From IMG/VR virus record IMGVR_UViG_3300047320_000132, positions 3,101-67,100 of that record: 64,000 nt of DNA. One strand, given 5' to 3'. Position numbers and translations under genes: made by a program. The notes under the pieces were generated by a model. It ran no database searches and was not told where the DNA came from. It worked only from the letters and a program-made list of their open reading frames with translations. Shown here piece after piece: positions 9,562 through 19,173 of this stretch (position 1 is the first letter of the stretch; every line of letters begins with the position of its first letter). This DNA comes from a virus (Duplodnaviria; Heunggongvirae; Uroviricota; Caudoviricetes).

Positions 9562-9834
9562 TTAAGGAGTGTCGTTCTTAAAGTACTCGGCTACTTTACG
9601 AGGAGTTGTAAGTTTGTGATGATCGCCAGGTTTGATTTTTCCAAATCTGCTTTCTATAGCCGTTACCAGTTTATTAGCCGCAATTGTTGTAGCAGCTTTG
9701 TTTTCACGATTTTTAGGGAAGAATTTATGGTCGGGCTTCATGCTTGAATCGAAGTGCTTGTGAGTCAGGTCCATAACGATTCCTAATGCACTGTCATCAG
9801 AAAGTTCGGCTATTTTTTCAAGATACTTATTCAT
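9562..9834 (-). CDS. NKYLEKIA-tagged acyl-carrier-protein-like protein
   Basis: LVTAIESRFGKIK...KLTTPRKVAEYF aligns with the ACP C-terminal half LVMALEEEFDTEI...KITTVQAAIDYI. Confidence 0.5.
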   Translation of the reverse strand: MNKYLEKIAELSDDSALGIVMDLTHKHFDSSMKPDHKFFPKNRENKAATTIAANKLVTAIESRFGKIKPGDHHKLTTPRKVAEYFKNDTP

Positions 9835-9894
9835 GGTGTTATTTTAAAAGCAAAAGCCTCCCGAAGGAGGCCTTGTATTTGAATCGTTTATACA

Positions 9895-10344
9895 TTACCA
9901 CACGGGCATGATGGCCAAATCACTTGATACATGACCCCAACCACTTTCCATGTTCAGATTAATCTTCAGCTTAGTAGCTGCTTCCATAAACTGTTGCTGA
10001 AAGTTAGCCGCCAGGCTTTGATACAACTGGGTACGTTCTTCAATAGGGATTTGTAATCCGCCATCGCTATACTCCATTGTATTACGAGCCAACAGCAAAG
10101 CTTTACCGTTGTATGCATGCCAGAGAGTTCCCCACAGAAGCACAGCTTTTGAAGGGAAGTTCTGAATACCCATATTACCCATAGGTGGGATAGAATTAAA
10201 CGAATCAGCTGCGAAGGTCATGCAAAGTTCAATGAAGGTATCCGTCATTTCCTCACCTTCAATAAGGTAATTGTTGTCAGCATAGTCTGACGTATATTCT
10301 CTCACTTCTTGTGCAGTGAGGACTTGAGGCATTGACACCGACAT
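9895..10344 (-). CDS. Putative head-tail connector/adaptor
   Basis: About 150 aa between capsid and neck genes; NTMEYSDGGLQI motif. Confidence 0.55.
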   Translation of the reverse strand: MSVSMPQVLTAQEVREYTSDYADNNYLIEGEEMTDTFIELCMTFAADSFNSIPPMGNMGIQNFPSKAVLLWGTLWHAYNGKALLLARNTMEYSDGGLQIPIEERTQLYQSLAANFQQQFMEAATKLKINLNMESGWGHVSSDLAIMPVW

Positions 10345-10348
10345 TTAA

Positions 10349-10795
10349 TTACTCCGCAGCGTCTGCTGCCTTATCTGCCGCCTTGCGGCCCTTCTTTGCT
10401 ACGCCATTTGCTTCTTCTGCAGTCTTACCAATTGCTACCGAAACTGCTTCACCTGACTTTTCTATTTCTGCGTTACGGCCAATTGATTCCGTACGTGAAG
10501 TGCTCTCTTTCGGAGCGTCAGTTGACTCTTTTAGTTCATCGGCAGTCATACCGCGATACGAGTCCACTTCGATAATCGGAGTCGGGGCTTTAGGCAACGA
10601 GCTTACGTCCGGTTCCGACGAATGGACTTCAGCCCATTCTTTGTTAACTGCGTCGATCACATCTGGATGTTCCAGATCCGATTCCATGATTTTGGCGTAG
10701 CCGCCAACCTTGATTGAAATGTAACCCGCTTTCAGAACCAGACCGGTAGCCAGTTTGTTAACGAGGTAAAAATTCTTGAATACGACTTTTGACAT
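10349..10795 (-). CDS. Hypothetical virion-region protein with acidic/low-complexity C-terminus
   Basis: ORF co-oriented in the structural operon; aggaa SD. Confidence 0.6.
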   Translation of the reverse strand: MSKVVFKNFYLVNKLATGLVLKAGYISIKVGGYAKIMESDLEHPDVIDAVNKEWAEVHSSEPDVSSLPKAPTPIIEVDSYRGMTADELKESTDAPKESTSRTESIGRNAEIEKSGEAVSVAIGKTAEEANGVAKKGRKAADKAADAAE

Positions 10796-10824
10796 TTGTC
10801 ATTCCTTTCTTAAGAGTTTGTAGT

Positions 10825-11133
10825 TTATTGCTTATTGTACATTTTGTCAATTCTGGCCAGAATCTTATTGTTCTGATATTGCATGTATTTATGCAAGCCT
10901 AGAAGACCGCCAGTCAAAGCAACACCTCCACCAACGCCAAGTTTTACACGATTCTGAAATGTCCTGCCATTGCTGACCTTTGCCTTACGCGAGGCGCGGG
11001 TAGCCGTTAGACCTGTGACTTTAGCTTCATTAAGCACACGTGCCTTCGTAGCCCATTCTTTGGACGTTTTGCCATGTACCGAATCTAGCATGTTAATAGT
11101 CTTGGATAGGTATCTATTAAATTTACCTGCCAT
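10825..11133 (-). CDS. Small basic head protein with glycine-rich hydrophobic tail (probable start MAGKFNRYLSK)
   Basis: The 5' extension to 11304 overlaps a plus-strand promoter and gene; FNRYLSK resembles the NKYLEK tag. Confidence 0.55.
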   Translation of the reverse strand: MAGKFNRYLSKTINMLDSVHGKTSKEWATKARVLNEAKVTGLTATRASRKAKVSNGRTFQNRVKLGVGGGVALTGGLLGLHKYMQYQNNKILARIDKMYNKQ

Positions 11134-11242
11134 GTTGGTTTCCTGTAATTTACAGACGTATTTTAACAGAGAAGACGAACCAATGAAATTGGTATAAGAA
11201 GTATAGAAACACCCGTAGTCTATAACTCTTCCAGGAGAGACC

Positions 11243-11512
11243 ATGAAGATTAGCGAGATGACAAACTTTGTAAGCAGAGCGCCTTGGCCTATGGTCGTGT
11301 CCATAGACAGGTGGGGGGAGAAAGATCCAGAGATAAAGAGGAAGATAGTAGCGGTAGATCGTGCGTTGAGTATGAACTACGGGGATAAAGTTGTAAAGGC
11401 ATTGTTAGAAGAGTTGTTTGACTATGTAGAAAAACGGTATCTGGTAAATAGAAAACAGATGGAATCTAAAGTAGTTATGTTCCTGGCTGACAATAGGAAG
11501 AAATCAGCGTGA
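11243..11512 (+). CDS. Hypothetical protein
   Basis: TGGTATAAG at 11190, aggag SD. Confidence 0.65.
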   Translation: MKISEMTNFVSRAPWPMVVSIDRWGEKDPEIKRKIVAVDRALSMNYGDKVVKALLEELFDYVEKRYLVNRKQMESKVVMFLADNRKKSA

Positions 11513-11571
11513 GAGACCCGTCCCGGCTAGTACAGCGGGATTGCCTTTTACAAGTAAATAAGGAGAGTATT

Positions 11572-11700
11572 ATGACTGACGAGAAAAGTGGGGATCACAG
11601 CGTTTTGATGGGTATTCTCGGAATCATATTGCTAGTTGCTTTATTCGGCAGGAAAGAAGAGAAAAAAGATGAAGACAATAAATCCTCGACACCTAAATAA
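11572..11700 (+). CDS. Small single-TM protein (MTDEKSG...)
   Basis: aaggag SD; VLMGILGIILLVALFG. Confidence 0.6.
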   Translation: MTDEKSGDHSVLMGILGIILLVALFGRKEEKKDEDNKSSTPK

Positions 11701-11710
11701 AGGAGGAGGT

Positions 11711-11878
11711 ATGCTGACGCAAGAAGATATGAGAGATATTCGTCAGACGGTTGCCGAAGAAAATACAAAGGCTTTTGCCGCAGGGCTCATTTCAGGAACA
11801 CTCTTACTTTGCATAAGTATTATTACCCTTGCGTACTTGGACTCCAGAAATACAAGAGCGATAATTACACGACTCTAG
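11711..11878 (+). CDS. Small single-TM protein (MLTQED...)
   Basis: aggagg SD; AFAAGLISGTLLLCISIITLAYL. Confidence 0.6.
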   Translation: MLTQEDMRDIRQTVAEENTKAFAAGLISGTLLLCISIITLAYLDSRNTRAIITRL

Positions 11879-12004
11879 TAAGCAGGGGAAAGTCCCGCTA
11901 GTACAGTGGGCTTTTTTAGCTTCCAGAAATGAGAAAAGCCAGGCATTTAACCTGGCTCGTCTTAGATAGGACCACCTCCTCTCGAAGGCTTCCAAACACT
12001 GGGT

Positions 12005-12898
12005 TTAGAAGTTTAGAACAACTGCACCGTTCACGTTACCGATACCTGCACCTACAGCTTCGTATGCGTGGAATTCGATAATGTCTGCTTCAGTCTTCAG
12101 GAAGACCGTAGGAGCTTGCAACTCATAGAACTGACCTAGGTAGTTCTGCGGAGCAAACACAAGTGCTTGGTTCGTCGGGAGGATGTTAGCCTTGTTCGTC
12201 GTGATGATCTTGTAACCGAAGAACGTATCGAGCGTACCTTCACCACGGAACAGATCCGAAGCGGCAGGCGAACCCACGTCAGTTGCGGCAAAAGTCAGCA
12301 GATCAGCATACATCGATTGCGTCATAAGGATACAACCAACCGGCAGCTTATTCAGAAGCATGAACTTAATACCAGCCATCAGGTTAGCTTTCGTGAAGCC
12401 ACCACCGATGGTGTGAACATTGCTGTTCGCCGTAGCGATTGACAGAATGTTGTTGTAAAAGTTTACGTCTTCTTGCTCTTGGATATCCTTAACGCTGTTT
12501 TCCTGCAGGATCGTGCGAATGTCGGTACGATACGTAGCGAGTTCGAACTTGCTCTTGCGGAAATCTTGCGACATGATCTTTTGGAAAGTCACCGGATAAC
12601 GTGAAGTTTTCCAATAACGAATTTCCGGACGGCCCAGGAACGGAGCAGTAGCTGCAACCGAATCCGGTTCTTTTTCAACGATAACCGTCGGTTCTTCCGT
12701 CAGTTGGCGATCCAGCTCTGAAGCTGTGATTTGAACCGGAGTAAGAATCTTACGGGTAAAGCCGTCTTCACGAAGCTTCTGACGTACGAAAGCTGACATA
12801 GCAGCTGAAGCTTCTTTAGTGTGACCTTGGTCAATCTTGTCGAGGAAAGATTGATTCAGGAATTGTACGTTTACGGTTTCTGTCGAATATGCGCTCAT
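12005..12898 (-). CDS. Major capsid protein (HK97 fold)
   Basis: 297 aa after decoration/scaffold/protease genes; LREDGFTRKIL, IRYWKTSRYPVTFQKI, EDVNF, YEAVGAGIGN pattern. Confidence 0.8.
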   Translation of the reverse strand: MSAYSTETVNVQFLNQSFLDKIDQGHTKEASAAMSAFVRQKLREDGFTRKILTPVQITASELDRQLTEEPTVIVEKEPDSVAATAPFLGRPEIRYWKTSRYPVTFQKIMSQDFRKSKFELATYRTDIRTILQENSVKDIQEQEDVNFYNNILSIATANSNVHTIGGGFTKANLMAGIKFMLLNKLPVGCILMTQSMYADLLTFAATDVGSPAASDLFRGEGTLDTFFGYKIITTNKANILPTNQALVFAPQNYLGQFYELQAPTVFLKTEADIIEFHAYEAVGAGIGNVNGAVVLNF

Positions 12899-12912
12899 TT
12901 TAATTATCCCTA

Positions 12913-13335
12913 TTACGCTACTTTGATTGTAAGGTGAGCGGTTTCCGTCGTAGCAGCAGCCACAACGTCAAGTACGAAACCAATAACCGGGTCAGTAGTA
13001 CCGTTAGCAAGTGCCAGTTGACCACTCTTCACCGTCAGCGGCGAGCCAGGAGCATAAGCACCAGCTGCATAGTTCGAAACTTTAGCCAGGAAGTTACCCC
13101 AAAGAACAACTGCCTTACCTGCATACGCTGCCGAACCACTATCACCATTACCGACGATTACCAGGCCTACATTGTTTGACGCCGACGCACCGGTTTTATT
13201 AACAGTGTTATCGCTCTGTTTGGTAACCCAGTCACCATTTTGCAGAGTAGCAGCAGCTGTAATCGGTTCGACGCGCTCTAGAGAACCATCGTACGGCCAG
13301 CCACGGATGATCTCTGCGTTACGTTCCATTAACAT
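12913..13335 (-). CDS. Capsid decoration/cement protein
   Basis: 140 aa immediately upstream of the capsid gene; beta-tulip-like YAPGSPLTVKSGQL. Confidence 0.65.
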   Translation of the reverse strand: MLMERNAEIIRGWPYDGSLERVEPITAAATLQNGDWVTKQSDNTVNKTGASASNNVGLVIVGNGDSGSAAYAGKAVVLWGNFLAKVSNYAAGAYAPGSPLTVKSGQLALANGTTDPVIGFVLDVVAAATTETAHLTIKVA

Positions 13336-13421
13336 ATTTGTTTCCTTGTATATGTTTCTTTTTTAAATAAGCCAAGTAAAAGCATTGTTCAACTTGGCTC
13401 TAAATTTGTTCACAACATTCC

Positions 13422-13428
13422 TATTTTA
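13422..13428 (-). promoter_or_regulatory. Candidate late promoter TAAAATA (representative)
   Basis: Also at 5289, 8066, 9840, 18265, 20316, 23651, 26322, 38058, 44028, 47562 (minus) and 28856 (plus), each shortly upstream of a structural gene. Confidence 0.45.
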
Positions 13429-13467
13429 ATGCGTGATAAATGTAGTGTGGGAAAAAGGATAATTTTC

Positions 13468-13926
13468 TTAGTAATAACTCTGTGAGTTATTGCTTGAAGA
13501 AACTCCTTTAACTACAGCTCCTGTCAAAGCAGCTCCCCCGAGGGCGAGACCAACTTTATTACGGGCTTTAGTCGTTTTAAGCTCAGCTTGATCGATAGCT
13601 GGTTGGAGACTGTTAGCGTGAGCCTGAAGCTTGCTAGCGCGGTTTGCATTATGGGATGCGATGTCTTGGTTCAAAGGACGGGCAGAAGCTCCGTAAACGC
13701 GTCTAGAAGCGTCACCACCCCTATTATCCGCAAGACTCTTGAATACGTTCGCCTTGGCGGTTGCTCTATCAGCTAAAGAAGCTGTTCGAGATTGCGTTGT
13801 AGAAAGACCCTTAAATTCAGCGCCTGTCGCATCTTTAAGAACACCAGGAACAGTTTTAGCTACATTTTTAGCTGCCCCGATAATCCCTGCGATACCTGCG
13901 ATCTTTTCGAGGTATTTATTCATCAT
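13468..13926 (-). CDS. NKYLEKIA-tagged internal head protein
   Basis: MMNKYLEKIAG; basic; C-terminal GLALGGAALTG. Confidence 0.7.
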   Translation of the reverse strand: MMNKYLEKIAGIAGIIGAAKNVAKTVPGVLKDATGAEFKGLSTTQSRTASLADRATAKANVFKSLADNRGGDASRRVYGASARPLNQDIASHNANRASKLQAHANSLQPAIDQAELKTTKARNKVGLALGGAALTGAVVKGVSSSNNSQSYY

Positions 13927-13927
13927 G

Positions 13928-14524
13928 TTAACTCAGCATGAATTCAAGAAGTGGGTCGGTCTTAGGACGTGCTACACCTACTCCATTACCCATACCCCAC
14001 GGTTCTTCGATAGCCGATGCAACCTTCATCAGAAGCTCAGGTGAAACGCTTTGTAGTTCAGCAAGGTCTGCTTGGGTAAACTGGGCAGCAGAAGCAATTT
14101 TGTTAAGCTGTTCAGGCATATGAGTCACAGCTTCGATATGATCGAGTTCTGACTGATGTACGGAAGCTTGTTTTTCGATATCGCCCTTAAGGCCAGCGAT
14201 TTGCGTTTCAAGAGCTTCGATGTATTCAGCAGCCTTCTGCAGGAGTTCCACAGTAGGGTTCGATTCATCTGGAAGTGCAAAGCTCGTAAGTTCGGAAATG
14301 TTGAGGTTAGCAGCCTTGACCAGTTTCACAGCGTCTTCAGGGTCAATGCCTTTCATGGTCAAAGCTGAAGCGGCTTCTTTTTCCATGATGTGCTGAGCTA
14401 CTTGATAACGTGCGTCTTTATCGCTATAGCCAGCTTGTTTAAGATGTTCTACAGCAACTGCTTCCGGGGTCGAAAGACGAACGTCTTCCGCGTGTTGCAT
14501 AAGAATTGAGGATAGTTTAGTCAT
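13928..14524 (-). CDS. Scaffold-like head protein (probable start MTKLSS)
   Basis: Coiled-coil character, five K-x-A motifs; start overlaps the upstream stop codon. Confidence 0.6.
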   Translation of the reverse strand: MTKLSSILMQHAEDVRLSTPEAVAVEHLKQAGYSDKDARYQVAQHIMEKEAASALTMKGIDPEDAVKLVKAANLNISELTSFALPDESNPTVELLQKAAEYIEALETQIAGLKGDIEKQASVHQSELDHIEAVTHMPEQLNKIASAAQFTQADLAELQSVSPELLMKVASAIEEPWGMGNGVGVARPKTDPLLEFMLS

Positions 14525-14969
14525 TTTCGTCTTCACTGTGGACTCTGCTGAATCCAGCATTTTCGAGTCGTCTATTGTAATCTTTGGTGTTAGCGATACG
14601 GGCACCGAGACCTAGTCCAAGCACTGCACCGAGAAACTTATTCTTGAAAAGCCGTGACTTTCCAATATTTGTCAGTCTTGATGCGTGAGTTGCAATGGAC
14701 GGATCCAAATGCGCATTTGCAGCGGTACTAGCCAAATAAGGAAGCATAGTTGCCTTCGTATAAAAATGGCCTGCCGTTCCGCCTAGCGTAGCTCCACCTA
14801 GAGCCCAAGCCGCAGTTTGAACCGGATGGATGCCTTCTGCATTTTCAAGTTTTGCAAACTCTTCCCGATTCAAATGGAGCTTATCGACACCATACCAACT
14901 CTTATCATCTGGGTGCGGAGCCATCGCATACGACTCAGCTACCTTCTCAAGATACTTGTTTTTCGACAT
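14517..14969 (-). CDS. NKYLEKVA-tagged head protein with glycine-zipper helices
   Basis: MSKNKYLEKVAE; ALGGATLGGTAG and LGAVLGLGLG. Confidence 0.7.
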   Translation of the reverse strand: MSKNKYLEKVAESYAMAPHPDDKSWYGVDKLHLNREEFAKLENAEGIHPVQTAAWALGGATLGGTAGHFYTKATMLPYLASTAANAHLDPSIATHASRLTNIGKSRLFKNKFLGAVLGLGLGARIANTKDYNRRLENAGFSRVHSEDEND

Positions 14970-15357
14970 GTTTGTTGATCGCTTTATTTAGTTTAACACC
15001 GGCGTAATCAGCAGCCAAACTTGTAGCGCCAGTCAATGCCAAAAGTTTTGCATTATGCATATGTCCTGCACCTTCCCCTATAATTTTGGGAGAGAGTTTT
15101 TGCACTCCAAAACCTGTACCTGCACCGATACCTCCGATTATTCCAGTATCAATAGCGTCGTGTTTCCAATTAGATTCCTGTTCTTGAGCAGCTTTATGTA
15201 ATGCTGCGCTAAGAAGAGTTTTATCCCCGCGAACTAATTTTGAACCTGGTGAAACAACTTTAGATGGTTTCGCAACTTTGCCAAGTCTTGCGCCGACTCC
15301 CTTGGATGCCAAATTCGGAAAAGTCATTCCTGCAATTTTTTCCAAATACTTATTCAA
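14947..15357 (-). CDS. NKYLEKIA-tagged head protein with glycine-zipper helices
   Basis: TTG start with ggag SD; GIIGGIGAGTGFG. Confidence 0.7.
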   Translation of the reverse strand: MNKYLEKIAGMTFPNLASKGVGARLGKVAKPSKVVSPGSKLVRGDKTLLSAALHKAAQEQESNWKHDAIDTGIIGGIGAGTGFGVQKLSPKIIGEGAGHMHNAKLLALTGATSLAADYAGVKLNKAINKHVEKQVS

Positions 15358-15431
15358 TTATTTTCTCCAAGAAAAAAACCCCGCCCGTAATGTTGTACAG
15401 AGCGGGGCCTTAATTTAAGTCAGACTACAGA

Positions 15432-16691
15432 TTAATAGCCGTACAGTTCGTTCGATTTAGCGTTAACCATTTCGATTGCGCTGTCGAAATCAACGCCGTT
15501 AGCGATGAGCATATCGAGAGCAGCCTTCTTTTCACGGCCAACAGCGTATGCACCAGCAGCACCGGCAGCAGCAGCGCCAGCACCCAGATGAACAGCCTTG
15601 TTGTTAGCCAGAGCCTTGAACGAGCCTTGGGTAGCTTGGGCCTTAACGCGGTTAGCGTCAAACGCTACGCCATTAGCAGTCTTCTTAGCAGCACGGCCTA
15701 CATGTTCAGCAGTCGTTGCAGCCTTACGGGCAGCACGAGTTGCTGCACCACCACCGACCGAACGTGCAGCTTCGTTAAGCATCTTTGCAGCGCCAGAAGC
15801 AGCAGCAACCTTCGTAAGCTCAACAGCTTGGTCGAAATCAAAACCAGCAGCTAGGAACGAGTCAAAAGCGGCTTGCTTGACTTGCGTTTCTTCTTCTTGT
15901 TCGAGTTCAAACGCAGCTTCTTTAACCAGGTTCACAGCGGCGTCGAAGTCGAAGCCTTGGCTAACGAGTTCAGAAACAGCTGCAGCCTTTTCTTGTTGGT
16001 CAGCATCGACCCAACCCGTAACACCACCTTGGTTAGGAGTCTGAGCAGCAACTTGTGCGCCTTCTTCCTTAGCAATGCCAGCAGCGGGGTTTTGATCAAC
16101 CGGAGCAGCACCATGAGCCATAGCATCTGAAACGATTGCATCGAAAATTTGGTTGATAGTACCACCATTACCACGACCATCCGTACCCGGTTGGTTTTGG
16201 ATAATGCTATCTTGTTCTGCTACTTGAGCAGCCAGGTCTACCTGGGTCTTGTTCGGAACACCACTGGCAATGCCATTCATGGTGTTTTGGTCACCGACTG
16301 AAGCCAGCTTCTCAAGAAGAGCTTCGGCCAGAGCCTTACCTGCGTCAGCAGCTTGTTTGTTCATAGTATCCTCTGTATTAACTTGATCAAGTTTAATGGA
16401 TGCAACTTTTTGCATTACTTCTTTAGCCAAGGCGGCACCTTTTGCAGCTGCTTCCTTAGTTTGTTCGTCGTCTTTCTTCTTGTCGTCTTTTTGTTCGACG
16501 GCATTTTCTTTCTTAGCAGCTTGGTCGGCTTTGCAAGCAGTATCTAGTTCTTCATCTGCTTTACAAACTGCCGTCTCGGCTTTTTCTTCATCTTTCTTTT
16601 CATCCTTCTCTGACTTTTCGCTGGCGGACTTAGTAAGACCGGCGCTTTTTTCAAGATCCTGGATGAGATCATCAAGACTTAGATTCATCAT
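15432..16691 (-). CDS. Major scaffolding/core protein
   Basis: Charged coiled coils, about 11 K-x-A motifs, repeated GFDFDxA(V/I) units; lies between protease and capsid genes. Confidence 0.65.
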   Translation of the reverse strand: MMNLSLDDLIQDLEKSAGLTKSASEKSEKDEKKDEEKAETAVCKADEELDTACKADQAAKKENAVEQKDDKKKDDEQTKEAAAKGAALAKEVMQKVASIKLDQVNTEDTMNKQAADAGKALAEALLEKLASVGDQNTMNGIASGVPNKTQVDLAAQVAEQDSIIQNQPGTDGRGNGGTINQIFDAIVSDAMAHGAAPVDQNPAAGIAKEEGAQVAAQTPNQGGVTGWVDADQQEKAAAVSELVSQGFDFDAAVNLVKEAAFELEQEEETQVKQAAFDSFLAAGFDFDQAVELTKVAAASGAAKMLNEAARSVGGGAATRAARKAATTAEHVGRAAKKTANGVAFDANRVKAQATQGSFKALANNKAVHLGAGAAAAGAAGAYAVGREKKAALDMLIANGVDFDSAIEMVNAKSNELYGY

Positions 16692-16753
16692 GACTAATAT
16701 CCCTTTTTGAACGAGGCCACTGGATTGTAGCCTTTTGAAAATCTTCAGTCAAT

Positions 16754-18259
16754 CTATTTATTCTGAATCAACTTTAGCATTGCCGACTTGGCTAATTTGT
16801 AAGTCAATTTGTAGTCAGAAGCAGATTTAACTAAAGGTATTTTAACACCATCTGAAAGCTTGTTCAATTCCTGCTCTTTCATTTTCTTCTCAATTACTTG
16901 AGTAATGAACCACTTTGCAGCGAGAGCAGCACCGCCGATTGCTACGATGGCATTGAACACACGCAAGAGTTCAGACTTTTGTGGAGCGTTAGCCAGATTC
17001 TGTTCTCTGAACCTTTCATAAACCGTCGGTTCGATATGATGACCATTTCCGCTGTACCCTACGTTTGTACCTTGCATATATCCATACATCGATGCTTGCT
17101 TATTCATAGCTACACGGCTTTCTACATAATCCGGCAGATACGAAGAATCTTCCATGTGTGGAAGAAGCGCATGCACAATTCCTATATTAGGTTCTGTAAT
17201 TTCACCGAAGTCACGATCAAAGTCCATCAGTGCAGAAGTACCTGATTTATTCACATAAGCAGCAGCCATAGGGCCGATGCCCTTAGCTTCGTCACCGAGG
17301 ATCTTGCGACCAATCAGTTCTGCCAGAAAACCCAATGAAGGGCTAATACCAAGATGACCCAAGGTGCTAAGAACTTCATTAAGCTTATAGTTTCTAAGAA
17401 CGTCGATAACGTCACCTTTCGGATCAGAAACTCGTGATACAAGATTATCAAAACTAGGATCAGCAGATACAACATCACCATCGACCTCTTTTAGTAATTC
17501 TGATAGCTTCTTTAACGACGCGGCTTTGTGCATCGTAATTTCAGATAGGCCAGCCATCATGGCTTCATCTACAGAACCAACAACTTCAGCTGTTGATGCA
17601 ACTTTCTGTAGAACAGAACTCGTTACGTCGGCAGGGCGGAATACGATAGAGATATCGAAGAATCTAAGCGGAGCCAGATTCAACGCCATAACCTTGCGGC
17701 CATCTGGATAAATTCTGCCAAGCTGTTCGCTCAAGTGTTCACAATACTCTTCACGAGTCTTAGCCTTGTTACTGCAAATACTGCAAACGTCGAATGGAGT
17801 ACGGCAAGCCATAGAAGTCTTAGGCCAATCACCGCTTTCGATCTTGTCGACGATGTCAGGGGCCTTGTCATTCCACAGTTCGGCAATAAGCTCAACACGA
17901 TGCATTCTATCGTTATAAACGGAATAGATAACACGCCCGATAGCAATTTCAGGGTTCTTGTTTACGTGGTTGCGGAAGATATGGGCGGGTGAAGTCTCAA
18001 AGGTATTGTGATAATCAATGAGATTCGATTCAGGGAAATAGTCTGCGTTACGGTTGGCACCATAGAATTCACCCGCGCCCATAGCGAGGATGTGCAGATA
18101 TGTCTTTCCATGAATAGGAGTGATTTTGGATGCGAATTGTTGAATACGAGAATCCGCAGCCTGTTTGATGAGACTGCCTGTAAGGTCTCTGTTGTCAAGA
18201 ATCGTAACCTGGGGTTCGTCTTGGTAAAAAGAAGAGGTATCGATCAGTTTTGTTAGCAT
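16754..18259 (-). CDS. Prohead maturation protease (HK97/assemblin fold) with C-terminal extension
   Basis: RNHVNK (His), KTSMAC (Ser), DISIVFRPAD; CSIC...C...H Zn motif; synteny. Confidence 0.75.
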   Translation of the reverse strand: MLTKLIDTSSFYQDEPQVTILDNRDLTGSLIKQAADSRIQQFASKITPIHGKTYLHILAMGAGEFYGANRNADYFPESNLIDYHNTFETSPAHIFRNHVNKNPEIAIGRVIYSVYNDRMHRVELIAELWNDKAPDIVDKIESGDWPKTSMACRTPFDVCSICSNKAKTREEYCEHLSEQLGRIYPDGRKVMALNLAPLRFFDISIVFRPADVTSSVLQKVASTAEVVGSVDEAMMAGLSEITMHKAASLKKLSELLKEVDGDVVSADPSFDNLVSRVSDPKGDVIDVLRNYKLNEVLSTLGHLGISPSLGFLAELIGRKILGDEAKGIGPMAAAYVNKSGTSALMDFDRDFGEITEPNIGIVHALLPHMEDSSYLPDYVESRVAMNKQASMYGYMQGTNVGYSGNGHHIEPTVYERFREQNLANAPQKSELLRVFNAIVAIGGAALAAKWFITQVIEKKMKEQELNKLSDGVKIPLVKSASDYKLTYKLAKSAMLKLIQNK

Positions 18260-18285
18260 ATTTATATTTTACAGGCAGTTACTAC

Positions 18286-18606
18286 TTAAATACGAATGTA
18301 TTTATTTTTGGTACCAGCAGCTTTCTCTTGTTCGGGCAACTTAACGTGAACATTAACGCTCTGTCGTTTCTTCAAAGCCTCTGCGATATCTTTCAATTGA
18401 TCTAAAGATTTACTTTCCACATCCGCCATGTGATTTCCTCGATGTTTGCTCTCTATACCATTGGCTAGATTCGCAACACCTAGCCCAAGACCGGTAGCAG
18501 ACATACCTAGACCAATCTTGGAGGTTGTTGAACTTCTCTTCCAGCCTTTAGCGAAGCTCTTTCCGAACTCACTTAGACTGGCAATTTTCTCTAGGTATTT
18601 ATTCAT
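18286..18606 (-). CDS. NKYLEKIA-tagged head protein
   Basis: MNKYLEKIAS; IGLGMSATGLGLGV. Confidence 0.7.
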   Translation of the reverse strand: MNKYLEKIASLSEFGKSFAKGWKRSSTTSKIGLGMSATGLGLGVANLANGIESKHRGNHMADVESKSLDQLKDIAEALKKRQSVNVHVKLPEQEKAAGTKNKYIRI

Positions 18607-18608
18607 GG

Positions 18609-19148
18609 TTAAACAAACGCTTTAGGATTAACCGAACCGTTGTCACGATAGCGGCCTTCAAGATCCGTAAGACTCTTAATAGTCATCAGATCGATACCGT
18701 CACCTTGAACTGCGTTCGTAAGGATAGATTGTAGCAGATTCGGATCCACTGCAACCAGCGGAGCAAATCTGTAAATCGTATCAGCATACTTTTCAACCTT
18801 AGCAGGGTTCTGATCACGAAGGAACGATGACGAAGCAACAGCATGTTGCAACGACTTAAGGAAGCGTTGGTATCTGAACTGATCCGTTACGAAACGATAA
18901 CCAATCATTGCACCGCCAACCGCACCATGAGAGACGATACCACCAATGCCCTTACCAAGTTGGCCAGCGATATTGTCTGTGAATTCACGACTGATGTCTT
19001 GCTCTGAACGTGGGTTAGCCGCTTCTTTTTCCAGAAGTGCTTCTTTTTCCATCAAAACATGAGTAATGAAGCCTGCTACGAATTGGTCAGCGAGATCTTC
19101 ATTGCCAGCGAATTTTTCAAGACCTAGCTCTTTAACTTTTTCTAACAT
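18609..19148 (-). CDS. Internal head protein
   Basis: LEKFAG, LEKEAA motifs; glycine-rich hydrophobic helix. Confidence 0.6.
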   Translation of the reverse strand: MLEKVKELGLEKFAGNEDLADQFVAGFITHVLMEKEALLEKEAANPRSEQDISREFTDNIAGQLGKGIGGIVSHGAVGGAMIGYRFVTDQFRYQRFLKSLQHAVASSSFLRDQNPAKVEKYADTIYRFAPLVAVDPNLLQSILTNAVQGDGIDLMTIKSLTDLEGRYRDNGSVNPKAFV

Positions 19149-19173
19149 TTGAATTGTCCTTTGTTTACTTTAA

